A stretch of DNA of 64,000 nt from Lepidodermella squamata (GCA_047495785.1 JBLDXI010000002.1:1922001-1986000), one strand, 5' to 3'; counted from the first letter of the stretch, positions 38,492-50,019 are shown. Numbers and translations are program-made. Notes: a model not told the origin generated them from the letters alone.

Positions 38492-39613
38492 TTACACGGT
38501 ATCAAATTGAGCGTGGAAAATAGCAACCACACGGGAATATTCTAAATCGGTTTGGCACACCGTTTCCGCTTCTTTCAGCTCCATGGGTTTGGAGCATCCG
38601 GTCCCCGGGCATCGAGGTAAAATGTCTTTGTCGATGTTTTGGACGAGAATGTATCCGCGAGAACACCCCATACACATGGAATGCTTTATGCAACTTGATT
38701 GCGGAAAAATATCGCCCATCGGAAGATTCTGCTTGCAAACGCTGCAGTAAAACGTCGACGCGCCGCCTGCAGCCTGCAGGCCTGCCGGTCGCACTACCTG
38801 AGACGGTTCCGGCGAATTATTGCTGGAGGAGGCCATTCGGCTGCTTCCCAGCAACGACGATAAGCCGGACAGGATGTCCGATCCGGACCACACCTCGCTA
38901 CGTCTCGCTTCTTCCAGTTTGCCAGAAAATTCTGGGTCCGTTTGTGCTAAACGGTTCGTCAGAGCGGAGACCAGATGTTCAAGGATATTGAATCTAAGAC
39001 GGCTCAAATCCAAATTGGGCAAATTCGGAATCCCGCCATTTTCAGAGGCGATGATATTAAGCCGTGTAACTTGAATCATTTCCTTGGCGGTCGGCTCAAT
39101 CCAAATCGATTCGGTGACGCAACCGATCGCTGCATGCAAGTCAGTGGCGATGTAGCAACATGCGCCCTCGCGATTGGCTCGCTTCTCACAGTCGAAAATC
39201 AGGTATCGGCTTGGGGTCTGAGCGATGATCGCCAGCGTTTCAAGACCTTTAGTCAGCAACAAAGCATGTGGTGTTTCCTTCTGAAAATCGTTGCCAATAT
39301 TGCGCATAACAGTAGCAGCAAAGCTCTTTCGAAGTCTCTCGTCGATTCGGAGAACGCCCCTGTAGCGTTCCACGTTGCTGAGAATCAAATCTGGGGTGGG
39401 ATCAATGAGGTCGAATTTAATTCCAGAACATGTTTGCAGAATGTCCCGCAGCAACGATGGCGTAGGTTCAATTCGAAATACACCAAGTGGAGTCGTTATT
39501 TCGTAGAGAAAACGAACTGCGGCTTCAAATGCGACCAGCTGACCTACCCATCTTGCACTGCCAATATTCGACAAGTAGTCATTACATTCGATAATAATAT
39601 TAGAAGAAGCCAT
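38492..39613 (-). CDS. Putative inactive tegument-like DUB (VTD/C76-like) + RBR-type RING1 protein, copy 1
   Basis: 373-aa intronless ORF; LLLTKGLETLAII...YLIFDCEKR..GACCYI; C-terminal Cx2C-x14-Cx2Hx2Cx2C-x17-CPx3C. The confidence given is for the ORF; the DUB-fold call is less certain. Confidence 0.8.
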   Translation of the reverse strand: MASSNIIIECNDYLSNIGSARWVGQLVAFEAAVRFLYEITTPLGVFRIEPTPSLLRDILQTCSGIKFDLIDPTPDLILSNVERYRGVLRIDERLRKSFAATVMRNIGNDFQKETPHALLLTKGLETLAIIAQTPSRYLIFDCEKRANREGACCYIATDLHAAIGCVTESIWIEPTAKEMIQVTRLNIIASENGGIPNLPNLDLSRLRFNILEHLVSALTNRLAQTDPEFSGKLEEARRSEVWSGSDILSGLSSLLGSSRMASSSNNSPEPSQVVRPAGLQAAGGASTFYCSVCKQNLPMGDIFPQSSCIKHSMCMGCSRGYILVQNIDKDILPRCPGTGCSKPMELKEAETVCQTDLEYSRVVAIFHAQFDTV

Positions 39614-40828
39614 CGTAATATATTCGAGTAATTATGAGATGTTTAGACTATTACCGTGAATACCGGAAGACGAGGTAAGGCAGCAATAAAGCGTAGAAAT
39701 GAAATAGAGGGCAGGTACATGATGTATATAGCATGAAGGTGCCTCTTTATCTTTCGCCGCACGTTATTTGCATCCTTATCATGTCTTTTGCACAGAGCTT
39801 CCTATAGTACCTAATCCGTAATTAGAAATGACCTATAAAAAGAGAAAAAGTGAGATTTTGATATCACTTTAAGGATCAATAAGCGAGGCTATCAACTATT
39901 AAAACGAAACCGATAGCCATCAGAGATGCTAGTGGTAAATGGTGCTTTTATCGAGCTATGACTCATATTATTACTGTGCGGATGAGAATTTCCGGCGACT
40001 CTGTGGGTTTTTCGTCTTTTAACGGGGTCCAAGTATTTGCAATTTTTTATTTCTTCCCTGCTCAGAGATTCCGATGAAACTGTCAGATTAACTTTTCACT
40101 TCAACCACCGGCTCCAACTTGCTATCGAGGTGCGGTTTCGATAAATACGATAGTCTTAAGCCTTAAGCAGAATAGAAACGCAATTCAGTTGAAGCGCAAA
40201 TTAGGAGGTTTGATTGTCTAAATTAAAGCAACACCTTGTGTATACACAAACTGTTCACTGTTCACCTAGCTTTATTTACACTAATATCAGCCAATAGATT
40301 TGAAAGCTCACCAATGATCATCAATCAGAGAAAATTCTTAGCGAAAATAGAAATTGCAAGGTCCGTAAAAATTCATCGACAAGGTCCGTAACAAATTGTA
40401 GTTCAATGAACCGATCGTTGAGATTGAGTGACATCGCCGTAGGCGGGTGGTTGGATATTGTCAACGCGCTGTGACAGATTCATCGGGCTTAATTCGGCAC
40501 GGCTCGTAACAGGCTTATCGCCTTTGTTAGCTGATACGTTTCATCGGCGATCACCGATCACCGCCACATCACCGATGGCAGATGGCCTAGGTGCGCATAG
40601 TGATTGCCTGGTAGCTACCATTTTTAGTGTCATAGGAATCTGCGCCGATGCTTATTTATTTGCAAAAATGATTCCGAAATAATCTTAATCATTCAAGTTT
40701 ATTAATGAGGAAATTCTGGGGATTTTTAATAAAATGACAATTTTTATGCTGCAAGTAAATTCGACGCATCATAATATAACCATAAATCAGATTTGAAAGT
40801 TACAATACATTTTTCATTATATGGAGTT

Positions 40829-41962
40829 TTAGTACGCATTGAAAGCAGCCTGCAACAAGGTAACCTCGTCCTCCAGGCACGCCAATTCCGCTTCTCGTAA
40901 TTCCATTTCTTTCGAACATCCGATGTTTGGAACATCCGTGGTATCAGGCCGATATGCGCACCTAGGCCATCTGCCATCGGTGATGTGGGAAATTACGAAG
41001 GTGCGAGCACACTGAAAACACATTTGATGCTTCGTGCAACTTGATCGTGGAAATTTAAAGTCCATCGCGATAATTTTCTTGCAGATGCAGCAGTAAAAAG
41101 ATGGCCTATTTGTTTGATAGTCAGCTGATATCTGCGATAATGATACAGGCTTATCGCTGTTGTTGGAAGAAACCGTTTCGGTTGATAGAACGGACCATAG
41201 GCCAGACAAGTTGGAACCCTTCAAAAGATCGGCTAGTTGGTTTCTCAGACGGGCTATTTCCGCATCCTTTCCTTGCAGAGATGCCTCAAGTTGAGCCTTC
41301 TCCTCCAGGAGGAATGAGTTATGCAGCCTGTTCAAATCCAAAGCGGGTAACTCTTTTGTCCCATTTTCGAACTCTGGCGCAATATTCAAGCCTAAGACTT
41401 GAATCTCATCCGTTGAATGTCCAGTCCAAATCGATTCGACGCGACTGATCGCTTCATGCAAGCCGCCGGCTACGAAAAAACAGGCTCCATCTCGATTATT
41501 TCGATGTTCGCAGTCGAAAACTATGAATCGACTTGGACTCTGAGCGATGATTGTCAGCGTTTCTAAATCCTTGCTCAGCAACAAAGAACAAGGCCGAAAA
41601 ACAGCTTCATTAAAGCCAGAATCGTCTAATACGCCTTTGAGCTTTGCAAGACTCATCCGAAGTTTTTTGTCGATAGGGAGGCCGCTCTTGTAACGTTCCA
41701 CCTCGCTGAGAATCTTATCAGGCGAGACATCGCTTAGGTTGAATTTGATTCCAGAGCATGTTTTCAAAATTTCTTGCAGCAATGATAGCGTTGGTTCAAC
41801 ACTGAACAGGACGCCGATTGAGGTCTTGATTTTGGTAAGTAGTCGTAGACTGGCTTCGCAGGCCAGTAATATACTTGCCCACCTTGCACTGCCAATGTTC
41901 TTCAGGCACTCCGTACACTCGATAAAATTAAACGATTCAACAGGCACAGATGAGGAGGCCAT
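40829..41962 (-). CDS. VTD-like + RING protein, copy 2
   Basis: Paralogous ORF with the ACG-ATG-GC start context shared by copies 1-4; coiled-coil-like linker LLEEKAQLEASLQGKDAEIARLRNQL; longer last RING loop. Confidence 0.8.
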   Translation of the reverse strand: MASSSVPVESFNFIECTECLKNIGSARWASILLACEASLRLLTKIKTSIGVLFSVEPTLSLLQEILKTCSGIKFNLSDVSPDKILSEVERYKSGLPIDKKLRMSLAKLKGVLDDSGFNEAVFRPCSLLLSKDLETLTIIAQSPSRFIVFDCEHRNNRDGACFFVAGGLHEAISRVESIWTGHSTDEIQVLGLNIAPEFENGTKELPALDLNRLHNSFLLEEKAQLEASLQGKDAEIARLRNQLADLLKGSNLSGLWSVLSTETVSSNNSDKPVSLSQISADYQTNRPSFYCCICKKIIAMDFKFPRSSCTKHQMCFQCARTFVISHITDGRWPRCAYRPDTTDVPNIGCSKEMELREAELACLEDEVTLLQAAFNAY

Positions 41963-42196
41963 CGTAAAATTTTCTGGAATGGGCTGATTATGAGAGTGCA
42001 ATTAGACAATGAAAGCGCGCTTATCTTTCGCCACTTTATCAATAATTATCAAATTTTGATAGAGTTACTTATATTAGCATCTCCACGCCAACCTGAGATG
42101 GTGTCAGACGTCTCGGCGGCTCTGCGGGTTTCTTGTCTGGATGGGAGATGGATGGGAGATGGATGGGAGAATCCTTTAGGTCTAAATCTACCCTTG

Positions 42197-42734
42197 CATT
42201 ATGCTTCCGTATTGCAGGATCAAAGTCCACGTTGTCACGTGGTATGAATAGCTAGTTCTGAGGCGTTATTTTTTTCGTTGCTTCGTCGTTTCGTCGTTTC
42301 GTCACTTCGTCATCTTTTACAAAAAAACTGACGAAAGAAAAAAAAACGGGGAAAAAAGGAGGATTCGAACCCGGAACCTTAAGGATCAGAACCATGGATT
42401 TAAGCCACTATACAATAGGAGGCTTTCTATCTACAACCGGCAAAAAACGCTTTAGTGTAGCGTTCGTTTAGTATATAAAAATGCCGAACGAAGATGACTA
42501 CCATGACCCAGCACTATTGCTCAGTGGTTTCGCCTTGTGCGTCATAACCCAATGGTCCCGGGTTCGAATTCTCCTTTTTCCCCGTTTTTTTTTCTTTCGT
42601 CAGTTTTTTTGTAAAAGATGACGAAGTGACGAAACGACGAAACGACGAAGCAACGAAAAAAATAACGCCTCAGAACTAGCTATTCATACCACGTGACAAC
42701 GTGGACTTTGATCCTGCAATACGGAAGCATAATG
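42197..42734. mobile_element. Palindromic MITE with CA...TG ends, ~170-bp TIRs and 2-bp TSD, carrying tRNA-like sequences
   Basis: CATTATGCTTCCGTATTGCAGG termini; TG duplicated on both sides; empty site in the paralog at ~1861-1876. Confidence 0.85.
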
Positions 42735-43333
42735 TGAACCTGGAAAATTATTACCAACGAGGAAAACTGCATCAGTGCGGATGAGGAGAACTATGAATCC
42801 TATCTCAGCTTTGTCAAACCCCACGTTTCTCTTGTCATCTGTCTTGGTTATGTAAAAATAATTTGCTCATTTTCTCATCATGATTCATCTTCAGTATGCC
42901 GATAGGATTAATGATTGAAATATCATTTTATTAAATTGAATCCATCGCATTAATCAACTCGGCATTGTCGACAATGCTATAACAAAAAGCGAGGTGTCCT
43001 AAGTTTGGATTTTCATCAAATTCGCCTGCGTCTTGCTGATCGCTGATCACCGAAACCAACTTCCGTGCCCGATCCGTGCGATCCGTGCCCGACTTTGTCG
43101 AGCTATTGCCCTAAAATGAAAATCCCTAAAAAAAAACTGCCATACATTTCGTCAATGCGAATGTTTGATTTTCATGGTAACTGCTATTTTGGCTATTAGG
43201 AATCTGCGCTGAGCTTTTTTATTCAAGAGTATGTTTATTGATACGTAATTTTCAAGAGACCTCCAAAAATTAGGCGAAACAATGAAATGAAGCGCATATT
43301 TTTCAGTCCATTGAAAAGCTGCGTTTTATGGTG

Positions 43334-44416
43334 TTACATGGTATCAGATAGAGCGTTGAAAATAGCAACCACACGGGAATATTCTAAATCGTCTTGGCAC
43401 ACCAACTCCGCTGCATTGGCCTCCATGAGCTTGTAACATCCGTGCTCCGGGCATCTAGGTACTTCGCCGTTGTTGATGCAAGACATAACAAATTTGCGAG
43501 CACACTCCATACACATGTGATGCTTTATGCAACTTGATTGTGGAAAAATATCACCCACGTGAACAGTTTTTTTGCAAATGATGCAGTAAAACGTCGACGC
43601 GCTGCATTCTGCTCGCATTCGCTGAGAAGGCGTTGGCGAGTTATAGCTAGAAGACGAGATTCCGCCATTTCCGATCAAATCCATTTCCGATAAGCCGGGC
43701 AGGCTCCCCGACACATCGTCAATTCGTTCAACGCGAGGAAATTCGGGATCTCTTTGTATTAAACGGTTCGTCAGTTTGATGACCAGAAATTCAAGAGACA
43801 TTATATGAAGGTTTCTCAAATCCAAATTGGGAAAATTCGGAATCCCGCCATCTCCAATGGCGATGATATTAAGCCCAGTAACTTTAATATCCTCGGCGGG
43901 CTGCTCGATCCAAATCGATTTGACGCGCCGGATCGCTGCATCTAAGTTAGTGACGATATAGCAACACGCTCCATTGCGATTGGCTCGCTTCTCACAATCG
44001 AAAACCAGACATCGGCTGGGACTCTGGGCGATGATTACCAGCGTTTCTAGACCGTTATTCAGCAGCAATGCATAAGTTGTTTCCTTTTGGCGAACATTGC
44101 CAGTACCGCGTATTAGAGCAGCAAAGCTCATGCGAAGTGCTTCGTCGATTCGGAGAGCGGCCTTGTAGCGTTCCAAGTTGCTGAGAATCAAATCTGGGGT
44201 GGGATTATTTAGGTCGAACTTGATACCAGAGCAAGTACTCAAAATGTCCCCTAGCAACGATGGCGTGGGGTCAATTCGAAACACACCAAGTGGGGTCGGT
44301 ATTTCGCACAGAAAACGAAGTGCGGCTTCAAATGCGACCAGCTGACCTGTCCATCTTGCGCTGCCAATATTCGACAAGAAATCGTTGCATTCGATAATAA
44401 TATTAGAAGAAGCCAT
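43334..44416 (-). CDS. VTD-like + RING protein, copy 3
   Basis: Paralogous ORF from MASSNIIIEC; FDCEKR; CIIC...CIKHHMCMEC...CPEHGC. Confidence 0.8.
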   Translation of the reverse strand: MASSNIIIECNDFLSNIGSARWTGQLVAFEAALRFLCEIPTPLGVFRIDPTPSLLGDILSTCSGIKFDLNNPTPDLILSNLERYKAALRIDEALRMSFAALIRGTGNVRQKETTYALLLNNGLETLVIIAQSPSRCLVFDCEKRANRNGACCYIVTNLDAAIRRVKSIWIEQPAEDIKVTGLNIIAIGDGGIPNFPNLDLRNLHIMSLEFLVIKLTNRLIQRDPEFPRVERIDDVSGSLPGLSEMDLIGNGGISSSSYNSPTPSQRMRAECSASTFYCIICKKTVHVGDIFPQSSCIKHHMCMECARKFVMSCINNGEVPRCPEHGCYKLMEANAAELVCQDDLEYSRVVAIFNALSDTM

Positions 44417-45292
44417 CGTAATACTTGAGAAGAGTCTTATTATAATGACCGTGTAGTTCGAGGTATTAAAGCAGCAATAAATGGCAGAACTGAAATGGGG
44501 GGTGGAAAGGGGCAGGTATTTAGGCGCGCCCTTATCTTTCGGCTTACGCATCTTACGCCTTGTCATGTCTTTTGCACAGAGCCTTCTATTATAATTTATA
44601 ATCCACAACTAAAAATGACTGTTCAAAAAAAGAAAAAGGTGTTGGTGATGGTGGTCTAAACATCGAAAATTGAAATTTTGTAAAAGCTAGAAAATTGAAT
44701 TGATACTTTCCAAGTCCTTACTTTCAGCAAGCATCGAAAAATTTGCTAAACCCCACTTTTCACTTGTCTTGTTTAAAACAAGATAATTTTCTTGATTCAT
44801 ATTGCAATAATTTCATGATTTATCTTCATATTATTCCAATATGATTCATGATTATAAGAGCATTATTTGATGATATCAATCGGCAAAAAATGAGCAGGCT
44901 TTAAAAATACCACCGGCCGGTTATCAAACGGTTATCAGGTCTGGGCCTTATTTTCAACTAATGATGTTGAAAATGGTAATGGTAAGGCGTCGTAGGCTAG
45001 CTTCAGAGGCTATAGCCTCTTACCAACCTGATGAATATAGGCGGGCAGGGCAATAGTAAATTACTTTTGGCAACCTTGCACTGCCAACGTTCATACTACC
45101 ACCTTGGATGTAGCTGATTAGAACAAGTTGCGGAATTTGCTGAAGAACAAATATCCAGCGAAGTAATCCGGCGACCGGCGACAGAAATAATCAAATCCGG
45201 ATAAAAATTCAATAATTGAATTCTCAATCAATTAGAAGAATAATAAAATTGAGAGTAATGCGTGAACTTTCAATTAAAATTGAAAGCATGCG

Positions 45293-47148
45293 TTACATGC
45301 TAGCAGGCTGGCTATCGAAAATATCTTTCAAGCGGTTTATTTGTTCAAAATTCTGACATCCCGTTGCCGCTTCATTGTACTTCAATCGCGTTGAACAGTC
45401 AAGACCCGGGCATCTAGGTACAACGCGTTTGTCGATGTGAGGCGGAATGTACTGGCGAGCACACTCCATGCACATATCATGGTGCAACTTCATGCAACTG
45501 ACTCGCGGAAAAATATCCCCCACCTTAACATATTGTTTGCATTTGCAGCAGTAAAACGTCGGCGCGGCAGCTCGCATTACCTGAGACGGTGTCGGCGAAT
45601 CACTGCTGGAAGACGCCATTTTTATATCTCCCAGTAAACCCATCGACGATATGGCGGACTGGATCGACGATGCGGTCAACACCTCGCCACGTAGAAAGCC
45701 GGAAAATTCCGCGTCTTTTTTTTCAATTGTTTTGCCAGAGTGACGACCAGATGTCCAAGGGACGTGACGTTTAACGTTTAGCTACAGTGGATTCACCAAT
45801 CCAATCGACGATGGCGAACTAACACGGTTTGTATACCATTAAATTTGATTTGACCCGCTTCATTTTCGAAATTGGAAATCCTGTAATTTTTCAAAATTCA
45901 TTAGAAAAATAATTTCTATCTCATGCTACTCGTATTTTTGTTACAGGTCGATTGCCATCGAGTGCTATCAGCGGCTGGCTGACCGCAATGTCGCCATCAT
46001 TCGCGACTTTTTTGTAAGAGATTATAAACATCGGCGCCGTAGCCGGAACAGATACCATCTGATAAAAGGTCACCCGTCCACCCCGGATATGCCGCGCCCC
46101 AAGCGCCGGCAATTGCTAGAATAAATTCGAAATTCGGAATTCGCATGTCGTTAACATTGGATAACATTGGATTTTTTCTATTAATTTTGTTAATCGCTCA
46201 ATTTACTCAGTACTCTCATACTCAACTAGGGCGAGAAAATGTAAATATTTCAACAAATTCAGCAAAAGCCGTGAGTCGCGCGCAAAACTGCATCGCATTG
46301 AATAATAAAATCGAGCAATAAAACGATAAAATTTCATTTTTCAATAAATTTGATTTGTAGTGTGTGTGCGCGTGTGTCTCATAAATGCTCCGCAGTTTGT
46401 CAAAAATGTGCGCAAGTTTGTCACAGAAAGGGATGGCCCAAAACGCAGTACATTCATGTTAACTATCTAGTTTGTCACAAATGTGCGCGATATCATATAC
46501 AAATCTGTTACAAGTTTAACATCGGTGTCTCGCCTTAAGGGGGCTCAACTCCAAATCGGGTAAATTTGCAATACCATTTCCATTGGCGATATTAAGCCCA
46601 GTAACTTAGATATTCTCTGCGCGCTGGCCATTCCAAATCAATTTGACGCGACTGATTGCTGCATCCAAGTCAGTGACGATGTAGCAACAGGCTCCAAGGC
46701 GATCTGCTCGCTCCTCACAGTCGAAAACCAGAAATCGGCTCGGGCTCTGAACGATGATCGCCAGCGTTTCTTGGCCGTTATTCAGCAACAAAGCGTGAGG
46801 TCGAAAAGCTGTTTCATCGATGTCGGTATTGCCAAACTCGCTTATGAGCTCAGCTAAGCTCATTCGAAGTGCTTTTTCGATTCGAAAACCGCGCCTGTAG
46901 CGTTCCACTTTGCTGATGATCAAATCAGGCGTGGGGTTCTCCAGGATGAAATCAATTCCAGGGCAAGTTCGCAAAATTTCCTGCATCAGCGATGGCGTGG
47001 GTTCAACGAAGCGTTTTCGCAATAAAGTTGTTATGCTGGGGAGAAAACGAAGGCTGGCTTCAAACGCGATAATTAGACTTGTCCATTTTGCTATGCGAAG
47101 GCTATGCAGACAATCGTCGCATCGAATAATAATATCATAAGTAGCCAT
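45293..47148 (-). pseudogene. VTD-like + RING copy 4, disrupted
   Basis: N-part 47148-46606 ends in a premature TAA; ~0.77-kb unrelated insertion at ~45771-46538; RING part at 45293-45682. Confidence 0.8.
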
Positions 47149-48453
47149 CGTAATATTTTCGAGCAGAGGCTTTTATATTATATAATGAGCGTGAACTAAT
47201 TTTATGAGATGTTTAAACTAACGAAATTATCCCTAATATAGGTACATGTGTTTAGTATGAAGGTGCTTCCTTATCTTCGCCGCATGTCTCTTACGTCCTT
47301 ATCACGTCTTTTGCAAAGACAGTTACATATATAATTTGCTGGTAACTTTCCAAAAGTGCCTTGCCTCTCCAAACCAGCTAAAAGAGGTTTTCTCATCTTC
47401 TTTTTTCTATCTGGAAGCAGAGCTCGAAATTTTAAAATTTCTAATAAAACCTGAAATTCATTTTTTCAAGTCGTCAAACTTTTCACTCGTAATTCGAGAA
47501 ATTTACTAAGCTCCGCTTTTCACTTGGCAAGTCTTGGCTCTTGGCAAGATAAATTTTCATGATTCATCTTCGTTGCGCTTTAAAATGATTCAAACTCGAA
47601 CCTACAACAACTATATGTCGCTAATATACAGGGTGGTCAAAAAAATTGGGCAGAAGGCGAATTCGATGCGCGTCAATTTAACACTTTACGCGCCGGGGTC
47701 CTAGCGAGAAGCCATTCCTGTATCGCCGGGGTATTTTCGACGTGCCGACCAAAAAATTCGACCCCCATATTATGATACTTTCTGGCAGAGGACAGAATTC
47801 TAAGACCATTGGTCGATGTCCCGAATTTTTTTGACTCATCCTTATTACGTAATGTTCAAAAAACCATTACGCACATTTGCGTATGCGGCGCCAGGCGGTA
47901 GAACGCATACGCACATGTGCGTATATGGCTATTTGCTTCAAATTGTGTTTACGCACCTATGCGTATACGGCGCTAGGTTGAAGACTGTGATTACGCATAT
48001 TTGCGTATGCGGCGCCACGCAGATGTTGCAGCTAGCAGGTGTGGGAGAAAGCATACTTTTTTAATTTCACTCATTTCTCTCTACTATTTCGAATAATGTC
48101 ACGCGTCAAACAACTTAACGCCATCGCTACTGCATCTCTTGAACTTAGTTCATCCTCCAAGAATGATGATAAGGAAAGTGATCCTGATTTTGTCACTGAG
48201 CGAATACCCCGACGGCAGCCCCAACGGCGACGAGCCGCATCTGTTGCTTTTGATCAAATTTGATCGCCTTATTGTTTTCCAATTTTTTGCTGATCGCAGC
48301 TGGTTTGTAAAAATGTGAATCATCATTGATTTCATATTTTGAAATATGGCGAATCAGATAGTTCAGTGAGGAAATGAAAACCCGAGTCGGGTACAGATTA
48401 ACCAAAAAAGAGAGCGACACCAAGTTGCTTCTGATTACAACTTTATTTATAAC

Positions 48454-48494
48454 GTGCGACGTTTCGGTCCTTGCGTGGACCATCATCAGGCTAC
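48454..48494 (-). ncRNA. Minimal hammerhead ribozyme, inverted pLTR
   Basis: Reverse complement of 50020-50060. Confidence 0.8.
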
Positions 48495-48580
48495 AACAAA
48501 AGAAAACACAACAAGAAATTATTACAGTAAAAGACAAAAGCACAACAAGGTATCAGGATGAAAATAGAAACTAGAAACTG

Positions 48581-49959
48581 TCAAAATAGCTTTAATTTTA
48601 TTGAGTCGGACTGCACGTTCAGGCTCACAGCAATCTTTGTCTGCTTGATGAGTAGACTTTCGTGGACCAAGCAGTCCCACCTGTTGCGACACTTGCGTAA
48701 TACTTTGAAGTGAGCATTGATGTCAAAGCTATCAGGCAGTTTGTGTGTGGCCAGATGTTTGCCAATTGAACTCGAAGCGAGCTTGTGTTCCTCGACTCGT
48801 TGATGTAGGTGCCGCGTGGTCATCCCGACATAGCCAGCGTCACACTGGCCACATGAAAAACGATATACGACGCACTGGCGGTTTACGAGTTCAGGCTTGA
48901 TCTCCTTCGCTCCGAAATTTTCGATGATTTTCCGGCTTGTGAACATGGCCTGAACCGCCACCCGGAGTTTTCCAGAAAGATCGTTGAGCCTCATCTTGAC
49001 TTGTCGAGCAATTTTCCCGTCTTTGTAGGGTAACACAAAGCGTACAGGTTCGATCTTCGTCTCCTCAGTTTTTATACCATTGGGGTAGACTTTGTCAACA
49101 AATGATGCCAACAGCTTCTCAAACATGGCTAAAGGGTATTGAAGATTCAAAAAAGTTTTTCGCAGATGATCAACTTCCCTGCTGAATCCGAGCCATTCAC
49201 TGTTAAGCCGGTAGGCGCGATACAGCATGGTCTTGATGAGGCACGTCTTATACTTGGTGTCGGTGTGACTCTGGAAGTGCAACAACAGCCCGGTGTCCGT
49301 TGGTTTGTGGTACACCTCAGTCTTCAGAACCGACCCAGTTGTCTTCACGAGGGCACCGCAGAAAGCGATCTGGTTGTTCTGTTCAATTTCCATGGTGAAT
49401 TTCACCGACGGATGAAGACCGTTGAGTACTTCGAGGAAATGATTCGCTGCAGTTACGCCTTTCATGATAGTCAGAGTATCGTCAACAAACCGACGATAGA
49501 AAGCGGGCAGTTGTTTGCTCTTGCTCAGGCGTTCTTCCAGCATGCTCATGAAGGCATTGGCCATTAGTGGTCCAAGTGGCGAGCCCATCGCGACGCCTTC
49601 GACTTGGATGTATAAGGAACCATTGTAAGTGAACAGCTGATCCTTGACTGCTAGATTTAGCAACGTTCGCAGGTTGTCCTTAGTCAACTTGAGTTTATAT
49701 TTTCGGTTGAACCATCCGCCTCTGAAGGCTTTGTCCACGAGATACTCGATGGTTTCGGCAACCGGAACGTTCGTGAAGAGTGAAGTCACGTCGTACGAGA
49801 CCAGAATTTCTCCAGGATTCAGTTTCAAACCGTTAACTTCTTTCTCGATGAAATTCAGGATATCAGGTATCATCCTGTCATTCGAAGCGAGTGGCTTGAG
49901 AAGTTGATCCAGCCATGCAGCCAATTTGAAGTTGTAGGTGCCAGTCGCCGACAAGATCG
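48581..49959 (-). repeat. Inverted duplicate of the 3' ~1.4 kb of the Penelope ORF
   Basis: Reverse complement of ~51149-52526; identical protein from ILSATGTYNFK onward. Confidence 0.95.
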
Positions 49960-50019
49960 CCGACCTTGTTGTGCTTTTGTCTTTTACTGTAATAATTTCT
50001 TGTTGTGTTTTCTTTTGTT

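Noticed and set aside
42360-42572. Genuine tRNA genes
   Set aside because: I could not form acceptor stems, and they are embedded in a MITE; treated as tRNA-like only.
44417-44608. 64-aa N-terminal extension of VTD-RING copy 3
   Set aside because: Non-ATG start, and no equivalent extension in the paralogs, which share the ACG-ATG-GC start.
45771-46538. Insertion in copy 4 as a TTAA transposon
   Set aside because: TTAA occurs at both sides but there are no TIRs and rejoining leaves one extra base; class unassignable.
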